Shown: positions 27,659-38,306, counted from the first letter of the stretch. The stretch: 45,450 nucleotides of DNA from an uncultured archaeon (GCA_964347045.1 CAYFXC010000007.1:87953-133402); one strand, 5' to 3'. Notes: generated from the sequence alone by a model not told the origin. Program-made: numbers and translations.

Positions 27659-28630
27659 ATGAGTAGAAGACGAAGACGTAGTGATGGAATGTCGATTTCC
27701 GAAGTACGAAGTCAAGCTACTAACATTCTAGATGAAGTTGGAAAAGTAATTGTGGGGAAACGAAACATCCTCCAAGAAATATTGATTGGCCTTTTAGCAA
27801 AAGGTCATATTCTTCTTGAGGGTGTTCCAGGAATAGCAAAGACTTACATGGCAAATGCTTTTGCACAGGCCATTGGTTGCGAGTTTAAGCGAATTCAGTT
27901 TACCCCTGATATGCTCCCTGCAGATATTGTTGGTACAAATATCTATGATCCAAATACCGGAGAATTTCGCTTACGAAAAGGCCCAGTGTTTTCAAATCTT
28001 GTTTTAGCAGACGAAGTCAATAGGTCTCCACCTAAGACCCAATCAGCCCTTTTAGAGGCTATGCAGGAAAAACAGGTTACAATTGAAGGTTCAACCTTAC
28101 CATTACCAGAGCCTTTCATGGTTTTAGCAACTCAAAACCCAATTGAACTTGAAGGTACCTATCCTCTTCCCGAAGCACAAGTTGACAGGTTCCTTTTCAA
28201 ACTCCTTGTCGATTATCCATCAGACGCAGAAGAGATCGAGATCCTTAGAAGAAAGCATCAACCTGAAGAAGTTGAATTAGCGCCAGTAGTTGACCCGCCT
28301 ACTTTGATTCAAATGCAGGAAACCACTAAACGTGTTTTCGTTGAGCCATACATTATGACCTATATTCGTGACATTGTGGTTCGGACACGAAATGATCCGC
28401 AGATTCTGATAGGGGGTTCACCCCGTGCGTCGATTGTAATGCTTGAGACCTCAAAGGTTCATGCGGCTTTGAGTGGTCGAGATTACGTTACTCCCGATGA
28501 TGTTAAGGTATTGGCTCGGCATGCATTAAACCATCGTCTAATACTTAAACCCGAAGCAGAGTTAGAAGGAACCTCTGTCCACGCGGTCATCGACCGAATT
28601 CTAAAACAAATTAGTGCACCGGGAGCGTAA
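27659..28630 (+). CDS. moxR: MoxR family AAA+ ATPase
   Basis: HILLEGVPGIAKT, RIQFTPD, LADEVNR, KTQSALLEAMQE, ATQNPIE.EGTYPLPEAQ, SPRAS. Confidence 0.95.
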   Translation: MSRRRRRSDGMSISEVRSQATNILDEVGKVIVGKRNILQEILIGLLAKGHILLEGVPGIAKTYMANAFAQAIGCEFKRIQFTPDMLPADIVGTNIYDPNTGEFRLRKGPVFSNLVLADEVNRSPPKTQSALLEAMQEKQVTIEGSTLPLPEPFMVLATQNPIELEGTYPLPEAQVDRFLFKLLVDYPSDAEEIEILRRKHQPEEVELAPVVDPPTLIQMQETTKRVFVEPYIMTYIRDIVVRTRNDPQILIGGSPRASIVMLETSKVHAALSGRDYVTPDDVKVLARHALNHRLILKPEAELEGTSVHAVIDRILKQISAPGA

Positions 28631-28636
28631 ATTTGC

Positions 28637-29959
28637 GTGTTCTCCGAACGTGGACGAGCAGTCCTTCTCATGGGTATTTTCATCCTCGTCTCAGGGTTCG
28701 CCTTCTTAAACTATGTTCTTGTAATCTTAGGGATCTTTCTTATCATTGGATCTGTTGCAAGTTCACCTTATTTTCAACTTACGATGCCAGTTGAAACTTT
28801 AGAGGTTACACGAGAAATTGATAAACGCAAGATTTTCCAAGACGATTTTATACACGTGAAAATCACGGTGAAAAATACGGGAACACACCGCATTGATTCT
28901 GTCGACATTTTCGATGTATATCCAGAGATTTTTCGAATAGTTTTAGGGAAAAACCGGATCCGAACACGTATCGACCCAAACCAAGAGGTGAAGTTTTCTT
29001 ATATTCTTCAAGCAGCCTTACGAGGAAAGTTTACCTTTGGTCCAACGAAGTTTCAAATATATGACCGGCTAGAATTTCGTTTTGAGGAATTGTCAGGGGA
29101 AAACTATGAAGAACTTCTGATTTATCCGAATGTCGAAGATGTACGTATCATGGAAAGCCTTGCTAAAAAACGAAGGCTTGGCCATATGTTTGGAATTCAC
29201 AAAACCCGTCAGATGAGCTTAGGTACTGATTTTACAGGAATTCGCAAATATGAAGTGGGTGATGAATATCGGCGTATTGATTGGAAGTCATCTGCAAGAT
29301 TACAAAAGCTCATGATGCGCCAATATGAAACTGAGCGAAATATTCGAATGTTCATCATTCTCGATACTGGTTCAACCATGGCGGCTGGGCGCCCTGAGAA
29401 TAGTAAACTGGAAGCGGCTATTCGCGCTGCTTTAATGCTAGCAAAAACTGCTATGGAAAGGAAAGACCACGTAGGGCTCCTAACATGGTCGACGAAAACG
29501 AACTCATTTCTCAAACCCGGTTTAGGTGAGCCACATTATCATCGAATGCTCGATCTTTTAGCAGAAATTGAACCCGGTGGTGAATTTGATTTAACATCAG
29601 CGGTCGAGTATCTGGCGCCACGTGTAACGCAGCAAAGCTTCTTCGTTATAATAACCGACCTTGAATCAAATCGTAAACGTTTAGAGAAGGGTATCAAACT
29701 GATTCGCGGCTACAAACATAACGCCATCATTATTCGACCATTTGGACCGTGGTTTGAAATCGAAGAGATATACCTTTCACCTGTTGAACGTGCCATTGGA
29801 GAAGCAATTGTTCACAAACTTCTTGAAGAACAATCAGCTTTAGCTAAAAACTTTCAACGGGTGGGCGTTTCCATTATCCCTGTAGGTCCAGGAGACTTTC
29901 TTCCAACAATATTAAGCGAGTACCTCAAAGCCAAGAAACGAAGTGTTGCGGTGATGTAA
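28637..29959 (+). CDS. DUF58 / vWA-like membrane protein
   Basis: N-terminal TMs, RGKF.FGP, F.GIRKY..GDEYRRIDWKSSAR, ILDTGSTM, IITD. Confidence 0.9.
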   Translation: MFSERGRAVLLMGIFILVSGFAFLNYVLVILGIFLIIGSVASSPYFQLTMPVETLEVTREIDKRKIFQDDFIHVKITVKNTGTHRIDSVDIFDVYPEIFRIVLGKNRIRTRIDPNQEVKFSYILQAALRGKFTFGPTKFQIYDRLEFRFEELSGENYEELLIYPNVEDVRIMESLAKKRRLGHMFGIHKTRQMSLGTDFTGIRKYEVGDEYRRIDWKSSARLQKLMMRQYETERNIRMFIILDTGSTMAAGRPENSKLEAAIRAALMLAKTAMERKDHVGLLTWSTKTNSFLKPGLGEPHYHRMLDLLAEIEPGGEFDLTSAVEYLAPRVTQQSFFVIITDLESNRKRLEKGIKLIRGYKHNAIIIRPFGPWFEIEEIYLSPVERAIGEAIVHKLLEEQSALAKNFQRVGVSIIPVGPGDFLPTILSEYLKAKKRSVAVM

Positions 29960-29979
29960 TAAATGGAGTTGAATGGCAA

Positions 29980-31245
29980 ATGACACGATACATTCTCTGG
30001 GTGTTACGGGGTGTCGCTATTGCAGCATTCGCTGCCTTGGCCGCCATAATACTCCTAAGTTTGGACCCAATAGTTTGGCGTGTGAATGGACCTGCAGGCG
30101 TTTTCACGGCGCTGTTAGAATTTGCCGTGGGCCTTCGTAATGTGTTAACACTAATGATAACTCTCTTCGCAGAATTGGCAGCATACATTAGTGCGTTCAT
30201 CGGATCCTTTGCATTTCATCAACCAATGAATCTACTGATTCCCTTTTATCGATTCACAATTACAGCATACTTCCAAGCCTTTGGCTTCACTCTCTCTCCT
30301 CCAGGACTTTTTGCCTTTGATTACGTTTTCACATTTCTTCTTAGCCTCTATTTCTTGTCATTCTGGATAATATTATTCATGGCGTTAGCCGCCGGAGTAA
30401 TTTCATTTCTACGGATTAGTGGTAGGCTAGCTACGTTATGTTTAATCTCAATGATAGCTTTAGCCATCTTAGGTGCGGCTGGAATTGTGCTAAATATTCC
30501 CGGAAGCGAAACAGGGTATTTTCTTTCCCAATATAGTGCAACCCCGCCACCTGCGAACATCAGTTGGTTCTTAACCTCACCAATTTTTCTTGTTGCACTA
30601 GTTAGTTTCATTTACCTAGAGGCCTCTTATCAAGTCGTTTATTTTTACTCGCTTCTAGAACCGCCAACGGTTAGAGAAGAGCAGTTGCGAAAACAAATAG
30701 ATCAGTTACAAACCGATGCACATCGCCAGGTTCCAGTTCAAACCCAAGATGTTCCAGTTCCCAAAGCCCTTCAACGAATGTTGGGATCAGACGCGTTTAG
30801 ATTGATGCGGCAGGTCATCGAAAGGAAGCTTCTGCGACGGGAGTGGCTTGTTGAATTAAAAGACGCGCACGAAATCCGGCGTTTAAACACCTTTGTCACA
30901 CGACTCTTCCGAGAGGATCCAGAAGCTCAATCCGCATTAACGGCTCGTGCTTCTACTCCTTCACTATCTCGCATGACAGCGCTATCAATTGGTTCGTCTG
31001 TTATCCGATTTGTCTTTGTGATATTAATTGCATACATTTGTCTCCATCCAGTGATATTTCTGGCTTTTTTGAATGCACCACTGATTATTATAGAATCAAT
31101 TGAGTTGTTATTTTTGCCGGAAAAGACCTTATTTTTCCTTGTACCATTAGCTCTTCTCTTTCCACTTGTAGCTACAATAATTGGGTATATTCGGCAACGC
31201 CGCGCTAAACTAGCAGAATCAATTACACCGACATTGTCACAATAG
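29980..31245 (+). CDS. Polytopic membrane protein of unknown function (last gene of the MoxR operon)
   Basis: About 8-9 hydrophobic segments with a long charged cytoplasmic loop. Confidence 0.75.
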   Translation: MTRYILWVLRGVAIAAFAALAAIILLSLDPIVWRVNGPAGVFTALLEFAVGLRNVLTLMITLFAELAAYISAFIGSFAFHQPMNLLIPFYRFTITAYFQAFGFTLSPPGLFAFDYVFTFLLSLYFLSFWIILFMALAAGVISFLRISGRLATLCLISMIALAILGAAGIVLNIPGSETGYFLSQYSATPPPANISWFLTSPIFLVALVSFIYLEASYQVVYFYSLLEPPTVREEQLRKQIDQLQTDAHRQVPVQTQDVPVPKALQRMLGSDAFRLMRQVIERKLLRREWLVELKDAHEIRRLNTFVTRLFREDPEAQSALTARASTPSLSRMTALSIGSSVIRFVFVILIAYICLHPVIFLAFLNAPLIIIESIELLFLPEKTLFFLVPLALLFPLVATIIGYIRQRRAKLAESITPTLSQ

Positions 31246-31699
31246 CGCGGGAGGTGGCACTTTCAGCTAGATTTACCTGAACCTGAGAGATGTTTGGAAA
31301 ATCTGTTGAAAGGTTTTCTACCAACTTTTGGCATAAAAACCCTGCAAGTTCTTCCGCGGTTGTTTCGATGACATCTATCACCTGTACATCTTTGCTAGGA
31401 AAGGAATAGGTTTCATTTGGTGTTTGTACTTGTATTTGCTGGTCTTTCTGAGTTGTATGGATTAATTTTGATTTCGCCGGTAAAAGGATAAAATGATCCC
31501 ATTGTTTACACAATTTTCGTATCCGTTGTTTAAGTTTGCGAAAATCGATGATCATACCTTGTGAATTGATATCTCCATGAACGGTAACAGCTACATGATA
31601 ATTATGTCCATGAAGCTTCTCACAGGCTCCACCTTCACTGACAAAGTGAGCTGCTGCAAAATCTATTCCAGAAACCTCAACTGAGACATGTTTGGTCAT
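31223..31699 (-). CDS. queD: 6-carboxy-5,6,7,8-tetrahydropterin synthase (PTPS family)
   Basis: FAAAHF, CEKLHGHNY, IDF..LK, WDH, TTAEELA, ES. Confidence 0.88.
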   Translation of the reverse strand: MTKHVSVEVSGIDFAAAHFVSEGGACEKLHGHNYHVAVTVHGDINSQGMIIDFRKLKQRIRKLCKQWDHFILLPAKSKLIHTTQKDQQIQVQTPNETYSFPSKDVQVIDVIETTAEELAGFLCQKLVENLSTDFPNISQVQVNLAESATSRAIVTMSV

Positions 31700-31733
31700 G
31701 GAAACTACCTACTTCTATATTGGATGCGAGAGT

Positions 31734-31784
31734 AAAAAAAGAATAGGAAAAAAGAAGAGATGAGCGTCCGTAAGAATGGACGCT
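31734..31784 (-). terminator. Putative terminator downstream of the thermosome gene
   Basis: 7-bp inverted repeat AGCGTCC/GGACGCT (31763-31784) followed on the minus strand by T6 and T7 tracts. Confidence 0.55.
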
Positions 31785-31787
31785 GAG

Positions 31788-33464
31788 TTACATCATTCCA
31801 GGCATTCCACCCATGCCAGGAGGCATACCGCCCATGCCTGGGGGCATTCCGCCAGGCCCACCGGGTCCACCAGGGGGAGCAGCGCTTCGCTTAGAAGCGA
31901 TAACATCATCAATTCGGAGAATGAGCGATGCTGCTTCAGCTGCGGAGCGTATAGCGTGAGTTTTTACACGGAGTGGCTCAAGTACGCCTGCTTTTAGCAT
32001 GTCTTTAGCTTTGCCTGTGATGATATCGACACCTATGGTCTTTTTGGCACTCCCGTGTTCAGCACGAAGTGCAACTATGACATCGATTGGGTCATGACCG
32101 GCATTTTCCGCAAGGGTTTTGGGAATGACTTCCATTGCGTCAGCGAATTTGTTAACGGCGATTTGCTCACGACCCTTGAGAGAGGAGGCGTATTCTCGAA
32201 GGTGTGAAGAGACCTCCACTTCGGGAGCTCCACCTCCCGCAACAATTTTGCCATCTTCAACAGCATCGCGTACCACTGAGACGGCATCATGGAATGCCCT
32301 TTCAGCCTCATCTACGACGCGTTCAGTTCCGCCACGAATGAGCACACTTACTGTTTTGGGATCTTTGCACCCTTCGACGAAGACCATTTTGTCGTCACCG
32401 ACTTTCCGTTCTTCAACGATTGCACAGCTTCCAAGATCATTGAGAGTAAGATGGTCGATGGACGATACAACTTGTCCTCCGGTTGCTCGAGCAAGTGCTT
32501 CCATATCGCTCTTCTTCACACGACGAACAGCAAGAATTCCATCTTTAGCGAGATAGTGTTGTACCTTGTCATCAATGCCTTTTTGAGCAAAGACAACATT
32601 GGCACCCACCTCTTTCACTTTTTCAGAGATGTTTTTTAGCATACGCTGTTCTTCATCGAGGAAAGATTGCATCTGTTCAGGATTCGTGATTCTAATTTCA
32701 GCATCCATTTCTGTTTTTTCAACTTCCATGGAAGCATTTAGAAGAGCAATTTTAGCTTTATTTACACGACGGGGCATTTCAGAATGTACAATTTCCTTAT
32801 CGACGATAACCCCTTTAACTAATTGGGTTTCCCGGATTGAACCGCCTTCTTTCTTTTCGACTTTAATGTGTTCGATATCAGCGACAATTCCATCAGAAGT
32901 TTGTTCTGTGATTTGCAAAACGGCATCAACAGCAATAGGAGAGAAGAAATCCATGGCTTCCGCAATGAGTTTGCTAGCCATCGAAGTATTACTAACTTTC
33001 AAAAGTTTATCACGATCTTCAGTTGAGCAGTCAACGGCCATGTTATTAAGAATTTCACTAGCCTTGTCTACGGCTTTTCGATATCCTGAGATAATAACAG
33101 TAGGGTGGACACCTGATGTGATGAGTCCTAGAGCTTGTTTAAGCAATTCACCGCAAAGAACAACCGCTGAGGTGGTGCCGTCACCCGTTTCAGAGTCTTG
33201 GGCTTTGGCTACCTGAACAAGCATTTTGGCAGCGGGATGTTGAACTTCAATCTCATCAAGGATAGTAGCACCATCATTTGTGATGGTTACATCACCTAGG
33301 CTATCTACCAGCATTTTATCTTGACCACGCGGCCCAAGAGATGTGCGTACTGCGTCAGATAGTGCTCGCACTGCCATGATGTTGTTTTCGCGAGCATCAC
33401 GACCTCGGGCGCGTTCAGTTCCTTCTTTGAGTATTAAGACCGGCACACCTTGCATTTGTGCCAT
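31788..33464 (-). CDS. Thermosome subunit (group II chaperonin)
   Basis: [36 protein letters not shown]; GGM/PPG-rich tail; alpha/beta not assignable. Confidence 0.97.
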   Translation of the reverse strand: MAQMQGVPVLILKEGTERARGRDARENNIMAVRALSDAVRTSLGPRGQDKMLVDSLGDVTITNDGATILDEIEVQHPAAKMLVQVAKAQDSETGDGTTSAVVLCGELLKQALGLITSGVHPTVIISGYRKAVDKASEILNNMAVDCSTEDRDKLLKVSNTSMASKLIAEAMDFFSPIAVDAVLQITEQTSDGIVADIEHIKVEKKEGGSIRETQLVKGVIVDKEIVHSEMPRRVNKAKIALLNASMEVEKTEMDAEIRITNPEQMQSFLDEEQRMLKNISEKVKEVGANVVFAQKGIDDKVQHYLAKDGILAVRRVKKSDMEALARATGGQVVSSIDHLTLNDLGSCAIVEERKVGDDKMVFVEGCKDPKTVSVLIRGGTERVVDEAERAFHDAVSVVRDAVEDGKIVAGGGAPEVEVSSHLREYASSLKGREQIAVNKFADAMEVIPKTLAENAGHDPIDVIVALRAEHGSAKKTIGVDIITGKAKDMLKAGVLEPLRVKTHAIRSAAEAASLILRIDDVIASKRSAAPPGGPGGPGGMPPGMGGMPPGMGGMPGMM

Positions 33465-33582
33465 GATAGTGTTCCTCCTTAGTAATTATTGGTTTTTCCA
33501 GTAGGATGAACTGGTCGGCAATCCTTGCACTGACATAAAAAGCTTACGCCATTTCTGCAAGTAATCTCAATTTTTAGTCATA

Positions 33583-34182
33583 TTACATTTCTGTAAGCGG
33601 AATATAATCCCACTTCGTAAAGATGGTCTTAAGCATGCTTACTATACCACGTGAAAGAAAGATTGTTTCCATCAGAAAGGCCATGAAAAGAATCTCAATC
33701 CAAGCTTTTCCAACAATTCCCAAAGCAATTATGAGGACAAATTCAGCCGGAATGGGCGTCATAAATGGAACGACAAAAAGGAATAGCCAAATTGTAAAAA
33801 GGCACTCTGGCACGTAACCAAGGATAACTGAAAGAAATGGACGTTTAAAGGTTCTCTGAACGGCTCCGCTGGTAAATCCTGCCAAGGCTTTTCCAGCTGG
33901 TAGACCAATAAGTCCAACTATGCCCAATGAGCCCCAAATATACCCAAAAGCAAGTCCAGGATATATTCCGACTATAGCCGCTGTTATTGCACCCAGAATG
34001 GCACCACCAGGTATAGCGACCAAGAAGGTCCCAAGGTGACTTAAATCAAGAGCAATCTGTGTAGCGCCTAGTTGCACCATGTTAATTGTAAGAATAGAAA
34101 CGGCCGTACCAAGAGCCGCCATCACTGCAATATAGACAATGATCTTTGTGCTATAGCGTTGAGAGGGTTTTTGCTCAGTCAA
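33583..34182 (-). CDS. ECF transporter S-component-like membrane protein
   Basis: IAVMAAL (AxxxA) in helix 1, LDLSHL, GG...G, about 6 TMs; TTG at 34182 follows GGAG (ORF-track start 34209). Confidence 0.7.
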   Translation of the reverse strand: MTEQKPSQRYSTKIIVYIAVMAALGTAVSILTINMVQLGATQIALDLSHLGTFLVAIPGGAILGAITAAIVGIYPGLAFGYIWGSLGIVGLIGLPAGKALAGFTSGAVQRTFKRPFLSVILGYVPECLFTIWLFLFVVPFMTPIPAEFVLIIALGIVGKAWIEILFMAFLMETIFLSRGIVSMLKTIFTKWDYIPLTEM

Positions 34183-34321
34183 GTAGGCATCTCCAGGGAG
34201 TAGGCGCATTGACGGTTTTTAGTATATAAGAGTAGCTACTCGTTTTTGAGTAGATGCTTATCATGGTTACGGAGAAAGCTATTTCTGATTTGAGTCTACG
34301 AACAGTGGTGAGGTTGATTCA

Positions 34322-35737
34322 GTGTCTAAGTACCGACATGCATTTCTACCAACAGCGGGTGGTCAAGAAGCTGAAATGCTTGCTGTCCTTGGAATTAAAA
34401 ACATCCATGAATTATTCGAAGATATTCCTTCAAAATTCCAGTTGAAAAAGCGTTTGAGGATACCCGACGGCTTATCAGAACAAGAAGTTCAAAAGAAGGT
34501 TTCCGATTTGCTTGCCCATAACTGGGATACTCGAAAGGGTACAAGCTTTTTAGGAGGAGGTGTTTGGCCTCATATTATTCCGGATGCAGTGAAAGCTATT
34601 GTAAACCGCACTGAGTTCTTATCAGCTTACACACCGTATCAAGCAGAAATCAGCCAAGGTATACTCCAAGCGCTGTTTGAGTATCAGAGCTTGATGGCGG
34701 AGCTGGTAGATTTACCTGTTGTGAACGCTTCAATGTATGATTGGGCGAGTGCGTTGGGTGAAGCGGCACTAATGGCACACCGAATCACAAAACGCGGAAC
34801 ATTCTTAGTGCCCCAACTCATTTCACCGAATCGCCGGGCTGTGTTACATACCTATACTCATCCAGCAGGAGTTAAGGTTGCAAGTGTAGGCTATAACCAA
34901 CGGACAGGTCAACTAAATGTTGACCTAATGGGAGAACTTATCGATGCAAACACAGCGGGCGTCTATTTTGAAAACCCAGGATATTTGGGTGTTCTGCAAG
35001 AGGATGTCGATGCTATCGCTAACATTGTACATGATGCTGGAGCGCTTTTGGTTGTTGGTGTAGATCCAATTTCGTTGGGAATCATTCGGCCTCCAGGGGA
35101 TTATGGTGCAGATATTGTGATTGGTGAAGGTCAACCTTTAGGCAGCTCAGTGAATTTTGGTGGTCCTCTATTAGGAATCTTTGCAAGCCGAGATGAGAGA
35201 AAAATAATGCGTCAGCTTCCCGGCCGAATAATTGGTCTTACTTCAACTGAAGAAGGAGACGAAAGAGGTTATGTGATGACGATTCAAGCTCGAGAACAAC
35301 ATATTCGTCGAGAGAAAGCAACCTCAAACATTTGCTCTAATCAAGCACATTCAGCCATCACCGCGGCTGTCTATCTCTCACTATTAGGGGCTCAAGGTAT
35401 GGTAGAACTTGGAGAAAAGATTCTTCAACTTCGTCATTACACCGAACAACAGCTTAATGCTATTGAAGGAACAAAAGCTCCATTTTTTGACGCGCCTCAT
35501 TTCAAGGAATTTGTCGTTACAATTGAGAATGGACAGGGTTCTGATCACCAAAAAAAGAAAATTAGAACAATCTTAGAACATATCCAACAATGTGGAATTT
35601 TAGCCGGAGTGCCTTTGGATCAAAGCTTCCCTGATTTGGGACAAGCTGCTCTAGTATGTGTTACTGAGACTCATACACAAGCTGCAATTGACCAACTTAC
35701 AATAGCATTTCAACAGGCAATGGAGGGTGAACAATGA
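34322..35737 (+). CDS. gcvPA: Glycine dehydrogenase (decarboxylating) subunit 1
   Basis: FLGGG, AYTPYQAEISQG, NASMYD, GEGQPLG, REQHIRREKATSNICSN. Confidence 0.96.
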   Translation: MSKYRHAFLPTAGGQEAEMLAVLGIKNIHELFEDIPSKFQLKKRLRIPDGLSEQEVQKKVSDLLAHNWDTRKGTSFLGGGVWPHIIPDAVKAIVNRTEFLSAYTPYQAEISQGILQALFEYQSLMAELVDLPVVNASMYDWASALGEAALMAHRITKRGTFLVPQLISPNRRAVLHTYTHPAGVKVASVGYNQRTGQLNVDLMGELIDANTAGVYFENPGYLGVLQEDVDAIANIVHDAGALLVVGVDPISLGIIRPPGDYGADIVIGEGQPLGSSVNFGGPLLGIFASRDERKIMRQLPGRIIGLTSTEEGDERGYVMTIQAREQHIRREKATSNICSNQAHSAITAAVYLSLLGAQGMVELGEKILQLRHYTEQQLNAIEGTKAPFFDAPHFKEFVVTIENGQGSDHQKKKIRTILEHIQQCGILAGVPLDQSFPDLGQAALVCVTETHTQAAIDQLTIAFQQAMEGEQ

Positions 35738-37266
35738 AGTTTCGCCAAGCAAAATGGAATGAACCCTTACTCTTTGAGCGATCGCGAGCGGGTGCCGTGG
35801 GCTATTCTTTACCCACAACCAGTAAATCCATTCAAAAAATGCTTCAAACGCCTCTTTCAACTGTCCCAAAAGAGCTACGTCGAAAAACACCCCCCAGATT
35901 ACCCGAGTTATCAGAACCCGAAGTCGTCCAACATTTTGTTAGACTATCTCAGATGAACTATAGCGTTGATCTAGGTCTTTACCCATTGGGGAGTTGTACA
36001 ATGAAGTATAATCCCCCGATGAATGAAGAGATTATCAAGAACCCACAGTTTACCCAATCTCACCCCTACCAAGATTGTTCAACCCTACAAGGAATTTTAC
36101 GAATCCTATTCGAATTGCAGCAGTGGTTATCTGAGATTACAGGGATGGACCAGCATTCGTTACAACCTGCGGCAGGAGCACAGGGAGAATTTGCTGGTGT
36201 TCTCATTATTCGCGCCTATCATGAAGAGCGTGGTGAACTCAAAACACGTCGACAAATTATTGTTCCCGACTCCGCTCATGGTACCAACCCAGCAAGCGCT
36301 GCGATGGCAGGATTTGATGTGGTCGTAGTTCCATCGAATGAGCAAGGGCAGGTAGATACTCAGGCCCTTGAAAGCGCGGTCTCAAAACAAACTGCTGGCT
36401 TGATGCTAACTAATCCGAATACGCTTGGATTATTTGAGCAAGAAATTGAGACTATTGCGTCAATTGTTCACAAAGCAGGTGGTTTACTTTACTATGATGG
36501 AGCGAACCTGAACGCAAATCTAGGACACGTTCGACCTGGCGATATGGGCTTTGATATCATTCATACAAATCTGCACAAGACTTTTGCCACCCCCCATGGA
36601 GGTGGTGGTCCCGGGTCAGGACCTGTAGGCGTCAAGCAACAACTTGCGGAGTATTTGCCAGTTCCTATCATTTCTTTTGATGGAGCTCAGTATTACTCAG
36701 ATTTCGACCGCCCGAAATCGATTGGTCGCCTTCATGGTTTTCATGGAAATATTGCCGTTTTATTGAAAGCTTATGCGTATATTATGCGGATGGGTTGGCA
36801 GGGTTTACATGCCGTTTCAGATTATGCTGTTTTGAATGCGAATTACCTATTGAAACGAATTGAAGACATCAAGGGGTTTAGTATTCCATTCGCCTCAGGA
36901 ATATGGCGAAAACATGAGGTCGTCGTAAGTGCGAAGCCCCTTGAACGGGATACTGGCGTAAATGCACGTGATGTTGCGAAAGCCCTACTTGATCGAGGAA
37001 TACATGCGCCTACATTCTACTTCCCAGCGATTGTTGAGGAAGCTTTAATGATTGAGCCCACAGAAACATTCAGCAAAGTAGAACTGGATCGTTTCGTCGA
37101 AGCGCTACAAGAAATTTCAAACCAAGCTTATACCGATTCAAATCTTGTCTTTAGTGCGCCACAAAATACCTCAATAAAACGACTTGATGAAGTTAAGGCA
37201 GCACACCCACGCACTATGAAGTTAAGTTGGCGGATGATGCAACAAGCTGACGATAAACCTACCTAA
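35734..37266 (+). CDS. gcvPB: Glycine dehydrogenase (decarboxylating) subunit 2
   Basis: YPLGSCTMKYNP, SAHGTNPASA, YDGAN, NLHKTF.TPHGGGGPG, IEPTE. Confidence 0.96.
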   Translation: MKFRQAKWNEPLLFERSRAGAVGYSLPTTSKSIQKMLQTPLSTVPKELRRKTPPRLPELSEPEVVQHFVRLSQMNYSVDLGLYPLGSCTMKYNPPMNEEIIKNPQFTQSHPYQDCSTLQGILRILFELQQWLSEITGMDQHSLQPAAGAQGEFAGVLIIRAYHEERGELKTRRQIIVPDSAHGTNPASAAMAGFDVVVVPSNEQGQVDTQALESAVSKQTAGLMLTNPNTLGLFEQEIETIASIVHKAGGLLYYDGANLNANLGHVRPGDMGFDIIHTNLHKTFATPHGGGGPGSGPVGVKQQLAEYLPVPIISFDGAQYYSDFDRPKSIGRLHGFHGNIAVLLKAYAYIMRMGWQGLHAVSDYAVLNANYLLKRIEDIKGFSIPFASGIWRKHEVVVSAKPLERDTGVNARDVAKALLDRGIHAPTFYFPAIVEEALMIEPTETFSKVELDRFVEALQEISNQAYTDSNLVFSAPQNTSIKRLDEVKAAHPRTMKLSWRMMQQADDKPT

Positions 37267-37298
37267 AACTAGTTCGAAACTCTTAATCAGGTAACTGT

Positions 37299-38030
37299 CT
37301 ATCCTCGTTTCTTCCTACCTGAACGCTTTGGTGCAATAAGTCCCACTTTACGACCAGGTGGAGCGGTACGGGGAACAGAACTTGGACCACCAGGGCGTTG
37401 CTTGTTTCCTCCACCGTGTGGATGACTGACCGCATTCATTGCGACGCCACGCACCTTTGGGTAAGTATGCCCTTTGGCGTATCGGTGCTTGTGTTTACTT
37501 CCAGCCTTCAAAAAGGGTTTTTCAGGGCGTCCACCTCCCGATACAACACCAATTGTGGCACGCGCTGTGGAGCTGAAAGTTCGAGTCTTCCCCGATGGTA
37601 GGCGAATCGAAGTTTTTCCTCGGGAATGCGTAATAATGGTAGCGTATGTTCCGCTAGATCGAACAAATCTTCCCCCATCACCTGGTTGACTTTCAATATT
37701 AAAGACAGGTGTGCCTTCTGGGATTTTCCCAAGAGGCAAAATATGTCCTGCTCGTATCCCTGCTTTTGGTCCTATTCGAATTTTTTGTCCAATTGCAGTT
37801 CCTTCGGGAACAAGAGCCAAATAGGTTTCCCCATCCTCAAATCGAAGTCTAGCAACAGGAGCGCCACGACCTGGATCATGCATAAGCTCTTCAATGTCAG
37901 CTAAAAGGTACCCTCGTTTACTCATGAGTGCAAGTGGAGGGTATTTTACTGCACCACGTCTTCGATGTGTTTTCGCACGAAATGTTGTTGAACCACGACC
38001 GCGACGCTGCACTAAGATGCGTTTCCCCAT
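37299..38030 (-). CDS. rpl2: 50S ribosomal protein uL2
   Basis: MGKRILVQRRGRG, HDPGRGAP, VRGVAMNAVSHPHGGG, PPGRKVG. Confidence 0.98.
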   Translation of the reverse strand: MGKRILVQRRGRGSTTFRAKTHRRRGAVKYPPLALMSKRGYLLADIEELMHDPGRGAPVARLRFEDGETYLALVPEGTAIGQKIRIGPKAGIRAGHILPLGKIPEGTPVFNIESQPGDGGRFVRSSGTYATIITHSRGKTSIRLPSGKTRTFSSTARATIGVVSGGGRPEKPFLKAGSKHKHRYAKGHTYPKVRGVAMNAVSHPHGGGNKQRPGGPSSVPRTAPPGRKVGLIAPKRSGRKKRG

Positions 38031-38045
38031 TTTACCTACCTCCGA

Positions 38046-38306
38046 TTAGAATAATCCTAATTTTACTGCCAAGTCAGCGGCATTGTATTCGGGAGAAAGT
38101 TTTACAAGGGCTTTCTTTTTGCCCTCCGGAGTAATCATGGTATTCACTTTTACAACTTTCACTTCATACAATAGCTCAATCGCTTCGCGAATTTGACCCT
38201 TAGTTGCTTTTCGATTTACCATGAAAGTTAATCGGTTTTCTTTTTCAACAATTTCCGAGGCACGCTCAGTAATCATCATCCGAATTATCACGTCATAAGG
38301 ATCCAT
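38046..38306 (-). CDS. rpl23: 50S ribosomal protein uL23
   Basis: ITERA, N.LTFMV, VKVVKVNT, KKALVKL. Confidence 0.97.
   Translation of the reverse strand: MDPYDVIIRMMITERASEIVEKENRLTFMVNRKATKGQIREAIELLYEVKVVKVNTMITPEGKKKALVKLSPEYNAADLAVKLGLF

Noticed and set aside
31790-31880. GC-rich repeats at the thermosome 3' end
   Set aside because: They encode the usual GGM/PPG chaperonin tail and are not a CRISPR array or mobile repeat.
32075-33216. Long antisense and alternate-frame ORFs here and throughout the window (e.g. 78-455, 11900-12385, 44744-45133)
   Set aside because: They are shadows of well-supported genes with no motifs of their own.
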